From: an uncultured Candidatus Binatia bacterium
GTDB taxonomy: Bacteria; Desulfobacterota; Binatia; UBA9968; JAJDTQ01
Direction of reading: 5' to 3'
NCBI GenBank assembly: GCA_964291295.2
Contig: OZ219754.1
Location: forward strand, 1,088,001 to 1,152,000
Length of the DNA stretch: 64,000 bases
Positions 9,376 through 20,585 of this stretch are shown here, in pieces. The notes under the pieces are model-generated. The model had not been told where the DNA came from. It did no database searches and saw only the letters and a list, made by a program, of their open reading frames with translations. Position 1 is the first letter of the stretch, and the number at the start of each line of letters is the position of its first letter. A program made the position numbers and the translations under genes.

Positions 9376-10860
9376 ATGGATCTCGGTAACCTCGCAAGCC
9401 TCAAGCTGTTCCATCCGGAAATCGTCCTGGCGGGAACGATCATCCTGCTGACGATCCTGGACCTGGTAGTGGCCAACAAGCGGCTCCTGGCGTACGTGGG
9501 TCTGGCCGGCTGCCTTGTCGCCCTGGGCGTCACTGTGGATCTCCATGGAACGCCGCCGGCGCTGCTGTTCCACCGCATGGTGGCGCTGGACAGCTTCGCC
9601 TTGTTCTTCAAGGTGCTGACGCTGGTGGCGCTGGTGGCGGCCATCTGGATGTCCATCGGCTCCGACGAGGTCCGGAAAGTGCACCTGGGCGAGTATTACA
9701 TCGTGCTCCTGACCTGCGGGTTCGGCATGTTCTTCATGGCCTCGGGCAACAACCTGCTGATGGCCTACCTCGGCCTGGAACTGGTGAGCCTGACGTCCTA
9801 CATCCTCACCGGCATGCTGCCGCACAACCGGCGCTCGGCGGAGGCCGCCCTCAAGTACCTGATCTACGGCGGGGTCGCCTCCGGCACCATGATCTACGGC
9901 ATGAGCTGGGTGTTCGGCATGGCCGGCAGCCTGGACTACGCGGCCATCAACGCGGCCATGTCGCAGGCGGACGGCAACCAGACCGGACTGTTCATCGCCT
10001 TCGTCTTCATCCTCGCCGGCTTCGGCTACAAGATGGCCTTCGCGCCCTTCCACATGTGGTCTCCGGACGTCTACCAAGGGGCGCCCACGCCGTTCACCGG
10101 CTTCCTCTCGGTGGCTTCCAACGCCGCCGGCCTGGCCATCCTGATCCGGTTCTTCTATCCGGCGGTGTCCACCCTGGGGCAGAACGGGAGCTGGACGTTC
10201 CAGGCGTTCTCCGCGGTTCAGTGGACCGACCTGCTGGTGGTCGTGAGCATCATCACCATGACCTGGGGGAACCTTTGCGCCCTCAACCAGACCAACGTCA
10301 AGCGCCTGCTGGCCTACTCCGGCATCGCCCACGCCGGATACCTCATGATGGGTCTCGTGGTGCTGAACAGCGACGGGCTGACCGCCATGCTCTTCTACGC
10401 GGTGGTGTACCTGATCATGAACCTCGGGGCCTTTCTGGTGGTGCAGGTGGTGGCCAACGCCACCGGCCGCGAGGACATGGAGGCCTATCGCGGGCTGGCA
10501 CAGCGCGGCGCGGCCTTCCCGGCGGTGTGCATGGCGGTGTTCCTGTTCTCCCTCACCGGGCTGCCGCCGCTGGCGGGATTCATCGGCAAGCTGCTGCTCT
10601 TCGCCGCCATCATCGAGGGCCAGTTCTACATCCTGGCGGTGGCGGGGCTGATCAACACGGTCATCTCGCTGTACTACTACGTCCGGGTCGTCCGCACCAT
10701 GTTCCTCGACGCCCCGACACCGGAGGACGGGCCGGTGGCGGTCCTCTCCAGCGCCGTGCCGCTGCTGGGCGTCCTGATGGTGCTGACGGTGGTGCTGGGG
10801 GTCTACTGGGGGCCGTTGCTGGACTACACCGCGGGCTCGCTGGGTTTCTTCATGGGGTAG
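9376..10860 (+). CDS. nuoN: NADH-quinone oxidoreductase subunit N
   Basis: EAALKY, PFHMWSPDVYQGAPTP and KRLLAYSGIAHAGY motifs. Confidence 0.96.
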   Translation: MDLGNLASLKLFHPEIVLAGTIILLTILDLVVANKRLLAYVGLAGCLVALGVTVDLHGTPPALLFHRMVALDSFALFFKVLTLVALVAAIWMSIGSDEVRKVHLGEYYIVLLTCGFGMFFMASGNNLLMAYLGLELVSLTSYILTGMLPHNRRSAEAALKYLIYGGVASGTMIYGMSWVFGMAGSLDYAAINAAMSQADGNQTGLFIAFVFILAGFGYKMAFAPFHMWSPDVYQGAPTPFTGFLSVASNAAGLAILIRFFYPAVSTLGQNGSWTFQAFSAVQWTDLLVVVSIITMTWGNLCALNQTNVKRLLAYSGIAHAGYLMMGLVVLNSDGLTAMLFYAVVYLIMNLGAFLVVQVVANATGREDMEAYRGLAQRGAAFPAVCMAVFLFSLTGLPPLAGFIGKLLLFAAIIEGQFYILAVAGLINTVISLYYYVRVVRTMFLDAPTPEDGPVAVLSSAVPLLGVLMVLTVVLGVYWGPLLDYTAGSLGFFMG

Positions 10861-11176
10861 GGGGGGCCGGGGGCGTCGTGCGGAAGAACCGCTGGAGGTC
10901 GGCGGGTATCTCCACTTGTCCGCCGGCGGACTCCCCTCCAACCGATTCCCTGATCTCGTCCGCCAGCAGGTCGAGCCGTTCACGGGCCGGCAGAGTCCGG
11001 TCCACGATCACCCACCGGTTTCCCATGACCGTGCAGACCCCGCTGCGCACGCGATAGCCGTAGTCGCGCGACAGCTTCTCGCACCGCACCTGGATGCCGC
11101 ACCGTTCCGCAAGGTTCCGAAGCTCCCGGAACAGCTTCTCCTGGGTGTTGTCCTTCCTTGAACTCTTTCCGGGCAT
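10850..11176 (-). CDS. small conserved hypothetical protein
   Basis: 108 aa ORF with an L..LAERCGIQVR.E...SGVCTV.G...VIVD pattern; fills the gap convergent to nuoN. Confidence 0.7.
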   Translation of the reverse strand: MPGKSSRKDNTQEKLFRELRNLAERCGIQVRCEKLSRDYGYRVRSGVCTVMGNRWVIVDRTLPARERLDLLADEIRESVGGESAGGQVEIPADLQRFFRTTPPAPPTP

Positions 11177-11342
11177 GCGATCTGTTTATCATCCTTGCGG
11201 CGGGCTTGTCATGCCCGGCAGGGCCGGGCCGCACCGGCGGGCGGTTGAAAAATGCCCAAGTGCTGCTATCGTCCGACAAGGACGACGCGCACCCATGCTC
11301 TTTTCCGCCGCCGCGTTGCCGGACAGGACGCATCGGGCTTGG

Positions 11343-11388
11343 TGAACCAGGACTCATGAACCAGGACTCATGAACCAGGACTCATGAA
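11343..11388. repeat. 14-bp tandem repeat (TGAACCAGGACTCA) x3 overlapping the amidase start codon
   Basis: Three perfect copies; each junction creates an ATG. Confidence 0.95.
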
Positions 11389-12205
11389 ATTCATTGCCGC
11401 GGCAGTGCAGATGCTGGCCACGTCCGACAAGGAAGCGAACCTTCGGGAGGCGGAAAAGTGGATTCGCCGGGCGCAGGCCGGGGGCGCGCACCTTGTGGTG
11501 TTGCCGGAAGTGTTCAACTGGAGGGGTCCTGGCAGGGACACCGCGGCCAACGCCGAGCCGGTGCCCGGTCCCTCCACGGGGCGGATGGGCGCACTGGCGG
11601 CCGAGCTCGGGCTCTACCTGCTGGCCGGTTCGATCCTCGAGAGCGCCGGGCCGGACGGCCGCGCCTACAACACCAGCGTGCTCATCGGCCCGGGTGCCGG
11701 GATCATCGCCAAGTACCGGAAAATACACCTGTTCGATGTCGACATCGAGGGTGAAGCCGCCATCCGCGAGTCCGAATTCCGGCACCCGGGAGAGGCTGTC
11801 GTGGTGGCCGACACCCCTCTCGGTCTCATGGGGCTTTCGGTCTGCTACGATCTCCGCTTTCCGGAGCTCTACCGCCGGCTGACCGCCGCCGGCGCCAAGG
11901 TCATCTTCGTGCCGTCGGTGTTCACGGTCCCCACCGGCCAGGCCCACTGGAGAACGCTTCTGCGCGCCCGCGCCATCGAGAACCAGGTGTATGTCATCGC
12001 CCCGGACCAGACCGGCCGGCATCCCGCCAGCATGGACGCCTACGGACACTCCATGATCGTCGATCCGTGGGGCAAGGTCATCGCCGAGACCGGCACCGAG
12101 CCGGACCTGGTCCTGGCCGCCATCGACCTCGACTACCTGGCGGATGTTCGACGCCAGCTGCCGGTGCTGGAACACCGCCGGGCATTTCTCGCCCCGGACT
12201 CGTAA
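11384..12205 (+). CDS. carbon-nitrogen hydrolase, Nit1/deaminated glutathione amidase-like
   Basis: Glu-Lys-Cys triad motifs LPE, YRKIHLFDV and SVCYDLRFPE; RARAIENQ and YGHSMIVDPWG. Confidence 0.92.
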   Translation: MKFIAAAVQMLATSDKEANLREAEKWIRRAQAGGAHLVVLPEVFNWRGPGRDTAANAEPVPGPSTGRMGALAAELGLYLLAGSILESAGPDGRAYNTSVLIGPGAGIIAKYRKIHLFDVDIEGEAAIRESEFRHPGEAVVVADTPLGLMGLSVCYDLRFPELYRRLTAAGAKVIFVPSVFTVPTGQAHWRTLLRARAIENQVYVIAPDQTGRHPASMDAYGHSMIVDPWGKVIAETGTEPDLVLAAIDLDYLADVRRQLPVLEHRRAFLAPDS

Positions 12206-12356
12206 TCCGGCGGCCGCGTCGGCCGGCGGGCCGGCCGTCCCTGAGCCGGACCCCGACCTCCGGCGCGTGAAGCGGAACGACAGCGGAACCGCACCCCTGG
12301 ACGGATCCTCCGGGCGGAGCCGGCCACGGACGCTGTCCGGGACGCCATGGCCGCGC

Positions 12357-12977
12357 TCAGGAGAGCGGGATCATGATGTGTTCCCGGTAGGCGGGGCGCT
12401 CGCACAGCCGGTCGTACCATGCTTCCACGTTGGGCATGGAGGGGCGCTCGATGGGCATGGTGAACCAGCGGTAAGCCCAGACGCCGACGGGGATGTCGCC
12501 GATGCTGAAGGAATCGCCCGCGAGGTAGCGCCGGCCTGCGAGGTGGCGCTCGACGATCTCCCACTTGGGTACGGCTTCCCCGACCGCCTTCTCGATGGCG
12601 GTGGGGTCGCGCTCGGCTTCCGGGGTCCGGACGATGCCGAAGAAGATCGGTACCATGAACGCATTCAGCGTGCTCAATTGCCAGTCCATCCAGCGGTTGG
12701 CGCTGCCCCGCCCCTCGGGAGTCCCGGGCAGGAGCCTGCCGCCCTCGTACTTGTTGACGAGATACCGGACGATGCTGTTGGATTCCCACAGGACGAAGTC
12801 GCCGTCCTCGATGGTGGGGATCACGCCGTTGGGGTTCAGGTCCAGATAGGACCGCTCCCGGTTGCCGCCGAATTCCCCGCCCAAGTCCACGCGCTCGAAC
12901 GGAATCCGAAGCTCCCCGCAACACCACAGAACCTTCTGCACGTTGGACGAAGTCTTCCTTCCCCAGATTTTCAACAC
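12357..12977 (-). CDS. glutathione S-transferase family protein (GstB-like)
   Basis: WGRKTSSNVQKV, LNPNGVIP and LWESNSIVRYL motifs. Confidence 0.93.
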   Translation of the reverse strand: MLKIWGRKTSSNVQKVLWCCGELRIPFERVDLGGEFGGNRERSYLDLNPNGVIPTIEDGDFVLWESNSIVRYLVNKYEGGRLLPGTPEGRGSANRWMDWQLSTLNAFMVPIFFGIVRTPEAERDPTAIEKAVGEAVPKWEIVERHLAGRRYLAGDSFSIGDIPVGVWAYRWFTMPIERPSMPNVEAWYDRLCERPAYREHIMIPLS

Positions 12978-13026
12978 GTTGTGTCACCTCCACGGGAAAT
13001 ACCTTGGGAAATACCTCGGACGCCCC

Positions 13027-13054
13027 TTGACTGCAAGAAAATCGTGATTAAATT
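13027..13054 (+). promoter_or_regulatory. putative sigma70 promoter of groESL
   Basis: TTGACT-16 bp-TAAATT about 45 bp upstream of groES, followed by a GGGAGG RBS. Confidence 0.5.
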
Positions 13055-13096
13055 CGCGGCCAAATCCAATCATCTCACTCTCAAAGGGAGGTTCTT

Positions 13097-13387
13097 ATGG
13101 CGGCTAAAGTGAAGCCACTGCATGACAGGATCATCGTCAAGAGGCTCGACGAGGAGGAGAAGACCGCGGGCGGCATCATCATTCCGGACACGGCCAAGGA
13201 AAAGCCTCAGGAAGGCATGGTCGTGGCCGTGGGTTCCGGCCGGCGCGAAGACGGCAAGGTCCTCGCTCTCGACGTCAAGGAAGGCGACAAGGTCCTGTTC
13301 GGAAAGTACTCCGGCACGGAGATTCAACTGGACGGCGAAGAGCATCTTATCATGCGGGAAGACGATATCCTCGGGATCATCCAATAA
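13097..13387 (+). CDS. groES: co-chaperonin GroES
   Basis: KPLHDRI and [16 protein letters not shown] motifs. Confidence 0.98.
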   Translation: MAAKVKPLHDRIIVKRLDEEEKTAGGIIIPDTAKEKPQEGMVVAVGSGRREDGKVLALDVKEGDKVLFGKYSGTEIQLDGEEHLIMREDDILGIIQ

Positions 13388-15019
<1,632 letters not shown>

Positions 15020-15068
15020 AATTCCTGCCAGGATTCGCGCGGCTCGCATACGGGCCTCGCTTCAAGGA

Positions 15069-15110
15069 GAAGGGGAGGAAGGACGCCGGTCCTTCCCCCC
15101 CTTCTTCGTT
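15069..15110 (+). terminator. hairpin, probable intrinsic terminator after groEL
   Basis: GAAGGGGAGGAAGGAC-GCCG-GTCCTTCCCCCCCTTC stem followed by a pyrimidine-rich tract. Confidence 0.6.
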
Positions 15111-15216
15111 CTCTCTCCCCCCCCTTCCTCATCCCCCTCGGACCTCCCGCACAAGTCGGCATGGCGCATGCCAAGTTCCCTTACCGTCTTCCTTCCCCTC
15201 CCGTGACGGCCGGCCG

Positions 15217-16107
15217 TCACCCGTAACCGAAGGCGCCGAGGGCGTTGAACATGACCGCCGTGTCCGGGTCGCGGCCGAACCAGGTGCGAAAGGACGCCGC
15301 GCCTTGGTGCACCAGCATGCCTATGCCTTCCACGGTCCGGCACCCGCGCTTCCGTGCTTCCCTGAGAAGCGCCGTCTCGCGAGGCTGATAGACGATGTCG
15401 CAGACGGCCTGATGCGGTTCCAGAAGCACGGGGTCCACGGGGCAGCCCGCGGTGTCCGGGACCATGCCCACCGACGTGCAGTTGATGATGAGGTCGGCTC
15501 CGTTCCCGAGATTGGCGAATTCCGCCAGCGGGCCTGAGCGGACCTGCGTGCCGGGCGCGCTTGCCGCGGCAATGGCCTGCGCAAACCGGCCGGCCTTGTG
15601 GGAGTCCCGGCCCAGCAGGGTGAGTTCCGGCAGGCGGAAGGTCTCCTGCCTGCCGCCGATTCCCGTGAAACGGCCTCGGGCCAGCACGAAAGCCAGCGCC
15701 CGGGCCGCGCCGCCGGTTCCCAGGATGGCAACGTGTCTGCCGTCCAGTTCGATGCCGGCCTGGCGCAGGTTCAGCATGGCGCCCGGGGCGTCGGTGGTGG
15801 TCCCCATGAGCCGCCCCCCCTCCCAGTAGAGGGTGTTGACGCTGCCGGTGAAACCGGACTCCTCGCTCAGCCCGTCGAGGTGCGTGATGACCGCCTGCTT
15901 GTGCGGAATGGTCACGTTGGCGCCCAGAAAGCCCAGGCCGCGCAGGCCGGCGACGACTTCCCCCAGTGCCTCGGGCGGGCAGGGCAGGGGCACGTAGCAC
16001 GCGTTCAGGCGCGCCGCCTCGATGGCGGCGTTGTGCATCACCGGCGACATGGAATGCGCCACCGGCCATCCCAGCACGCCCAGGAGCTTCGTGGTCCCGT
16101 CGATCAC
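15217..16107 (-). CDS. aroE: shikimate dehydrogenase
   Basis: HSMSPVMHN, GANVTIPHK, SVNT, GTGGAARA and GIGMLVHQG motifs. Confidence 0.95.
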   Translation of the reverse strand: MIDGTTKLLGVLGWPVAHSMSPVMHNAAIEAARLNACYVPLPCPPEALGEVVAGLRGLGFLGANVTIPHKQAVITHLDGLSEESGFTGSVNTLYWEGGRLMGTTTDAPGAMLNLRQAGIELDGRHVAILGTGGAARALAFVLARGRFTGIGGRQETFRLPELTLLGRDSHKAGRFAQAIAAASAPGTQVRSGPLAEFANLGNGADLIINCTSVGMVPDTAGCPVDPVLLEPHQAVCDIVYQPRETALLREARKRGCRTVEGIGMLVHQGAASFRTWFGRDPDTAVMFNALGAFGYG

Positions 16108-16925
16108 GGCGCCCCTTTCCCGCCGGGAGGGTTGGCGGCGGTTTCCCGCCCGGTCGGGCCGGACGGCAGCCTGAAAAGGGTGCGGGCGTTGCGGGTGCAG
16201 GCGTTGGCGAGCGCTTCGACGCCGACCCCCCGGACCCGGGCCAGGGTCTCGGCCACGAAGCGGACATGGGCGGGCTCGTTGCGTCGGCCCCGCAAGGGGA
16301 CCGGTGCCAGGAACGGCGCGTCGGTCTCCATGAGGAGGCGGTCCAGCGGCACCCAGCGGGCGATGTCCCGCAGCGCCCCGGCGTTCTTGAAGGTGACGAT
16401 GCCGGAGAACGACAGGTAGAATCCCAGGTCGAGGAATGTCCGCGCCGCGGCCGCGTCGCTGGTGAAGCAGTGGATCACCCCCGTCGGTCCTCCGCCGTTC
16501 CGAAGCGTCTCCGCCACCTCGCGGTCCGACTCGCGGTTGTGCACCACGATTGGCAGCCGCGTCTCCGCCGCCAGCGCCACGAAGCGCTCGAACAAGTCCC
16601 GTTGCACCTGGCGGGGCGAGTGGTCGTAGTGGAAGTCGAGGCCGGTCTCACCGATGGCCACCACATCCGGATGCGCGGCGAGGTTGCGCATCCGGTCCAT
16701 GTCCTCCGTGCTCACGTCCCTGGCGTCGTGCGGGTGCATTCCCACGGTGGCGTAGACGTCCGCGTGCGCCTCCGCCAACCGCACCGCCGCGTCGTTGCTG
16801 GAAAGATCCCCCGCACCGCCCACGACGATCAGGGTTTCGACGCCGGTCTCCCGCGCCCGGGCCAGCACTTCTTCGCGGTCGTCGTCGAATGCCGCGGTCT
16901 GTATGTGACAGTGGGTGTCGATCAT
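16104..16925 (-). CDS. tatD: TatD family deoxyribonuclease
   Basis: MIDTHCH start at 16925; GMHPH, IGETGLD, HCFT and ETDAPFLAP motifs. Confidence 0.95.
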   Translation of the reverse strand: MIDTHCHIQTAAFDDDREEVLARARETGVETLIVVGGAGDLSSNDAAVRLAEAHADVYATVGMHPHDARDVSTEDMDRMRNLAAHPDVVAIGETGLDFHYDHSPRQVQRDLFERFVALAAETRLPIVVHNRESDREVAETLRNGGGPTGVIHCFTSDAAAARTFLDLGFYLSFSGIVTFKNAGALRDIARWVPLDRLLMETDAPFLAPVPLRGRRNEPAHVRFVAETLARVRGVGVEALANACTRNARTLFRLPSGPTGRETAANPPGGKGAP

Positions 16926-17085
16926 GGTTGCGGGCACCGGGTCGATGCGCGTCGTCCGCCGGAGCCGGCGCTTACGCCCCGGGTCGCCGCCGCGTGATTC
17001 CCGCTCCGGATACTGTTCGCCCCGGCGGGAATGGGGCCGCGCGGCGGGCGTGACAGCTGAGGGGAACGCCGCGCCTGTCCACCCG

Positions 17086-18633
17086 TCACTTTCCGTGGTC
17101 TTCCACCTCTTCGATCCGGGGGAAGAGCATTGCCGGCGGCCTGACCGGGTGGCCTTGGGGAAAGGAACCTCCCCACCCGGACCGCGTCGCCTCCTCGGCG
17201 GAGAGCCCCAGTAGGTTCCGGACCGCCCTGCCGGTCTCCGGCAGGAACGGTGCCAGCAGATCCCCGGTGACCCGCACGCACTCCAGCAGATGGTGCAGGA
17301 TCTCGCCCACCCGGGCCTTCCGGTGGGGATCCTTGACCAGGGTGAACGGTGCGGTCTGCACGATGTACTGGTTGGCCTTGTCCAGCGTCGCGAAGATCGA
17401 TTCGAGGGCGCGGTGAAAGGCCAGTTCCTCCATGTGCCGGTCCACATTGGCCGCCGCCTCGGTGAAGGCCTCCCTGAGCTCCCGATCCTCGGGCCGGCTG
17501 CCGTCGCCCAAGGGCTGGACCACACCGCCGAAGTAGCGCTGCTGCATGGCCAGCACGCGGCTCACCAAGTTGCCGAAATTGTTGGCCAGGTCGGCATTGA
17601 CCCGATTGATGAACGCCGCCATCGAGAAGGCGGCGTCCTGGCCGAACACCATTTCCCGCAGCAGGTAGTAGCGGAACGCGTCCATGCCGTAGCGTTCCTT
17701 CATGTCCAGCGGACGGATGACGTTGCCCAGGCTCTTGGACATCTTGCCGCTGTCCATGATCCAGTAGCCGTGGACGTTGAGCCGGTGGTAGAGGGGCAGG
17801 CCCGCGGCCATGAGCATGGTGGGCCAGTAGATGGCGTGGGGCTTGAGGATGTCCTTGGCGATGAGGTGGTTGCAGCCGGGCCAGTAGGCGTCGAAGCAGT
17901 CCGCGCCCTTGTGCTCCAGTGCGCTCACGTAGTTGATGAGCGCGTCGAACCACACGTACGTGACGTAGTCCCCGTCGAAGGGCAGCGGAATGCCCCACTG
18001 GAGCCGGCTCCGGGGCCGGGAGATGCACAGATCCTCCAATGGCTCCCGCAGGAACGACAGCACCTCCGTGCGATACCGCGGCGGCGTCACGAACCCCGGG
18101 TTCTTCTCCAGGTGCTCGACCAGCCGGTCCTGGTACCGGCTCATGCGGAAGAAATAGTTCTTCTCCTGGATGTACGCGGCCGTGGTCTGGTGGTCCGGAC
18201 ACTTGCCGTCCTGCAGCTCCTTCTCGGTGTAGAATCGCTCGCAGCCGTAGCAGTAGTATCCGCCGTACTCCCCGAAGTAGATGTCGCCGGCGTCGTGGAT
18301 GTGCTGGAGGATCCGGCGGACCGTGGCTTGGTGGTAGTCGTCGGTGGTACGGATGAAGTGGTCGTAGGCGATGCCGCAGGTGTCCCAGGTGGAACGGAAC
18401 AGGCCGCTGATGCGGTCCGCGTAGGCCTTGGGGTCGATGTTGTCCGCGGCCGCCGCCTGAACGATCTTGTCGCCGTGCTCGTCCGTGCCGGTGAGCAGGT
18501 ACGCATCCCTGCCGCGCGCACGGTGGTAGCGCTTCAGCGTGTCGGCGATGAGGGTGGTGTAGGTGTGGCCGAGATGCGGCTGGGCGTTCACATAGTAGAT
18601 CGGGGTGGTGAGGTATATGCGGTCCATGCGCAT
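17086..18633 (-). CDS. metG: methionine--tRNA ligase (short form, no C-terminal tRNA-binding/dimerization domain)
   Basis: TTPIYYVN..PHLGH, zinc knuckle CxxC...CPDH, YVWFDAL and KMSKS motifs. Confidence 0.97.
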   Translation of the reverse strand: MRMDRIYLTTPIYYVNAQPHLGHTYTTLIADTLKRYHRARGRDAYLLTGTDEHGDKIVQAAAADNIDPKAYADRISGLFRSTWDTCGIAYDHFIRTTDDYHQATVRRILQHIHDAGDIYFGEYGGYYCYGCERFYTEKELQDGKCPDHQTTAAYIQEKNYFFRMSRYQDRLVEHLEKNPGFVTPPRYRTEVLSFLREPLEDLCISRPRSRLQWGIPLPFDGDYVTYVWFDALINYVSALEHKGADCFDAYWPGCNHLIAKDILKPHAIYWPTMLMAAGLPLYHRLNVHGYWIMDSGKMSKSLGNVIRPLDMKERYGMDAFRYYLLREMVFGQDAAFSMAAFINRVNADLANNFGNLVSRVLAMQQRYFGGVVQPLGDGSRPEDRELREAFTEAAANVDRHMEELAFHRALESIFATLDKANQYIVQTAPFTLVKDPHRKARVGEILHHLLECVRVTGDLLAPFLPETGRAVRNLLGLSAEEATRSGWGGSFPQGHPVRPPAMLFPRIEEVEDHGK

Positions 18634-18637
18634 CCCT

Positions 18638-19624
18638 TCAACTCAACAGCATGGGAACAAGGCCCTCCAGGACCATGCGCCGGTTGCGGTTCCGGTGAAT
18701 GGCACTGGTGACATTGTCGATCTCGGACAGCGCCGCGGTCGTCTGCTCCAGGCTCCGGGCCGCCGCGGCACCCCGGATCTGCTCCAGCAGATCCCGGTTG
18801 CAGACCGTGGTGGCCGAGCCCGTGACCTGGAGCACCATGATGTCGCGCAGCCACCCCCGGACCCAGTCCAGGAATTTCAGTGTCTTCTCCCGGTCGCCGC
18901 CCATCTCCTCCGCCAGCGCCGTGATGCCGCGCATGTCGTCGGACGAAAGCGCCGCCAGCTTGCGAAGGCACTCCCGCCTGCGGTCAAGCAGCTCCGCCTC
19001 GTCGCCCTCGAGGGCGGTGCCGAGGCTGCCTTGGCTGAGGGCCGCCAGCAACAATGCGCGGTCTTCGGCGCAACCCTTGCGCCGGGCCACGACGGCGGCC
19101 ACCTGTTCCAGCGCCAGGGGGAGGAAATGGAGCCGGAGGCAGCGGGACAGCACCGTCGGCAGGACCCCCCCGGTGCTCTCGGCGATGAGGATCAGCAGGG
19201 CATCCGCCGGAGGTTCCTCCAGGGTCTTGAGGAGCGCATTCTGCGCGTGCAGATTCATGAGCGTCAGCGGGTCGATGACGGCGATCTTCTTCCTCCCGGT
19301 GAAGCGGCGCAGCACCAGTTGCCGCTGCAGCGCCCGCACCTGCTCGATGGTGAGGTCGCGCTTGCCCTTGCGCGGTTGGAGCCAGTGGACGTCCGGGTGG
19401 TTCCCGCCGCGAATGCACAGGCAGCTCGGACACTCGCCGCAGGCGTCGCCATCCGCGCTCCCGCACTGGATGGCGGCCGCCAGGGCGGTGGCCACGGTGC
19501 GCTTGCCCGTGCCTTCCGGCCCGGCAAATAGCCAGGCGTGGTGCAGGCGGTCGCGGCGGACCGCCCGCCGCAGCAGTTCGATCCGGCCCTGGTGGCCGAT
19601 GATGTCACGGAACCGCAGCATCAC
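18638..19624 (-). CDS. holB: DNA polymerase III subunit delta'
   Basis: HAWLFAGPEGTGK, CGECPSC, HPD, NALLKTLEEPP and TVLSRC motifs; lies next to tmk. Confidence 0.94.
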   Translation of the reverse strand: MMLRFRDIIGHQGRIELLRRAVRRDRLHHAWLFAGPEGTGKRTVATALAAAIQCGSADGDACGECPSCLCIRGGNHPDVHWLQPRKGKRDLTIEQVRALQRQLVLRRFTGRKKIAVIDPLTLMNLHAQNALLKTLEEPPADALLILIAESTGGVLPTVLSRCLRLHFLPLALEQVAAVVARRKGCAEDRALLLAALSQGSLGTALEGDEAELLDRRRECLRKLAALSSDDMRGITALAEEMGGDREKTLKFLDWVRGWLRDIMVLQVTGSATTVCNRDLLEQIRGAAAARSLEQTTAALSEIDNVTSAIHRNRNRRMVLEGLVPMLLS

Positions 19625-20301
19625 GTCTCCGTCGCCGCGATGCGGCCGCTCTGGCGGCTGGTCTGGTTCGAGAGGAGCCGTTGGTCGATGATCCGCCGCA
19701 GCTTCTCCTGAATGGCCATCACCGGGCCGTCCGCCGGCACCACCACGCAGCGGGAGGGTTCGGCCTCGGCCAGCGCCAGGAACCCCTCGCGCACCCGGCG
19801 TTGAAAGACCACCCCTTCAGCCTCGAACCGGTTCAGGCGCGCGGCCTGGCTTTTCTGCCGGTTGGCCGCCCGGGCCAGCGCCGCCTCCACCGGGCAGTCC
19901 AGGATCAGGGTGAGCGCCGGCATGGTGCCGCCGGTGGCCACGAGATTCAGACGGCGCAGCAGTGCCAGGTCCATGCCGCGGCCGTAGCCTTGGTACGCCA
20001 GCGTCGAATCCACGAAGCGGTCCGACACCACCAGCCTGCCCTGTTCCAGGGCGGGTCTGACGACCTCGAGAACGTGCTGTGCCCGGTCCGCCAGGATCAG
20101 GAACAGCTCGGTCTCGTCCGAAAGGGACTCGGGCCGGCCCTCGAGGAGGAGCTTGCGGAGTTGTTTCCCGAGCCGGGTGCCCCCCGGCTCGTGGGTCCGC
20201 AGCCGGGGCACGCCGCGAGCGCCCAGATATTCGTCGAGCAGTGCGGCCTGCCGCGATTTTCCCGATCCGTCACACCCTTCGATGGTCACGAAACGCAGCA
20301 T
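19621..20301 (-). CDS. tmk: thymidylate kinase
   Basis: FVTIEGCDGSGKS, EPGGT and DRFVDSTLAYQG motifs; start taken at ATG 20301. Confidence 0.95.
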   Translation of the reverse strand: MLRFVTIEGCDGSGKSRQAALLDEYLGARGVPRLRTHEPGGTRLGKQLRKLLLEGRPESLSDETELFLILADRAQHVLEVVRPALEQGRLVVSDRFVDSTLAYQGYGRGMDLALLRRLNLVATGGTMPALTLILDCPVEAALARAANRQKSQAARLNRFEAEGVVFQRRVREGFLALAEAEPSRCVVVPADGPVMAIQEKLRRIIDQRLLSNQTSRQSGRIAATET

Positions 20302-20403
20302 CCCACGCCTTCCCGGACAGTATTGCACAAGAAGGAGAGGGCTGCCCAACCGGCGGACGGCGGCGCGGCGGGCGCGCCCGTCCGGCCATGCGGAAGCCGG
20401 TTC

Positions 20404-20481
20404 CGATACGGCAGGTCGATACGGCAGGTCGATACGGCAGGTCGATACAGCGGGTCGATATGGCAGGTCGATATGGCAGGG
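20404..20481. repeat. 13-bp tandem repeat (CGATACGGCAGGT) x6
   Basis: Three perfect and three degenerate copies between pilW and tmk. Confidence 0.95.
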
Positions 20482-20585
20482 TCAGGTCGGGTCCGCCGGA
20501 ACCGGCCTGCATGGAAGCCCCGTCAACGGGAAGTACGGCGCCGCAGTCCCGCTCTCTGCCAGAACGACGGTTTCGGCGCTTGCGG

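Noticed and set aside
1667-10983. Very long antisense/alternative-frame ORFs (e.g. 1667..4141, 5744..7831, 7789..10983, also 30649..33504 and 47827..50184)
   Set aside because: Shadow ORFs of high-GC coding strands; they have no motifs and fully overlap confident genes.
13072-13098. CIRCE operator before groES
   Set aside because: Only CACTC matches TTAGCACTC-N9-GAGTGCTAA; the right arm is too degenerate and overlaps the RBS.
18633-18638. Absence of a PSP1/RicT gene between holB and metG
   Set aside because: Simple gene-order variation; not enough to call notable.
20404-20481. Tandem arrays (also 629-679 and 38553-38965) as CRISPR arrays
   Set aside because: Units are contiguous with no unique spacers, and no cas genes are present.
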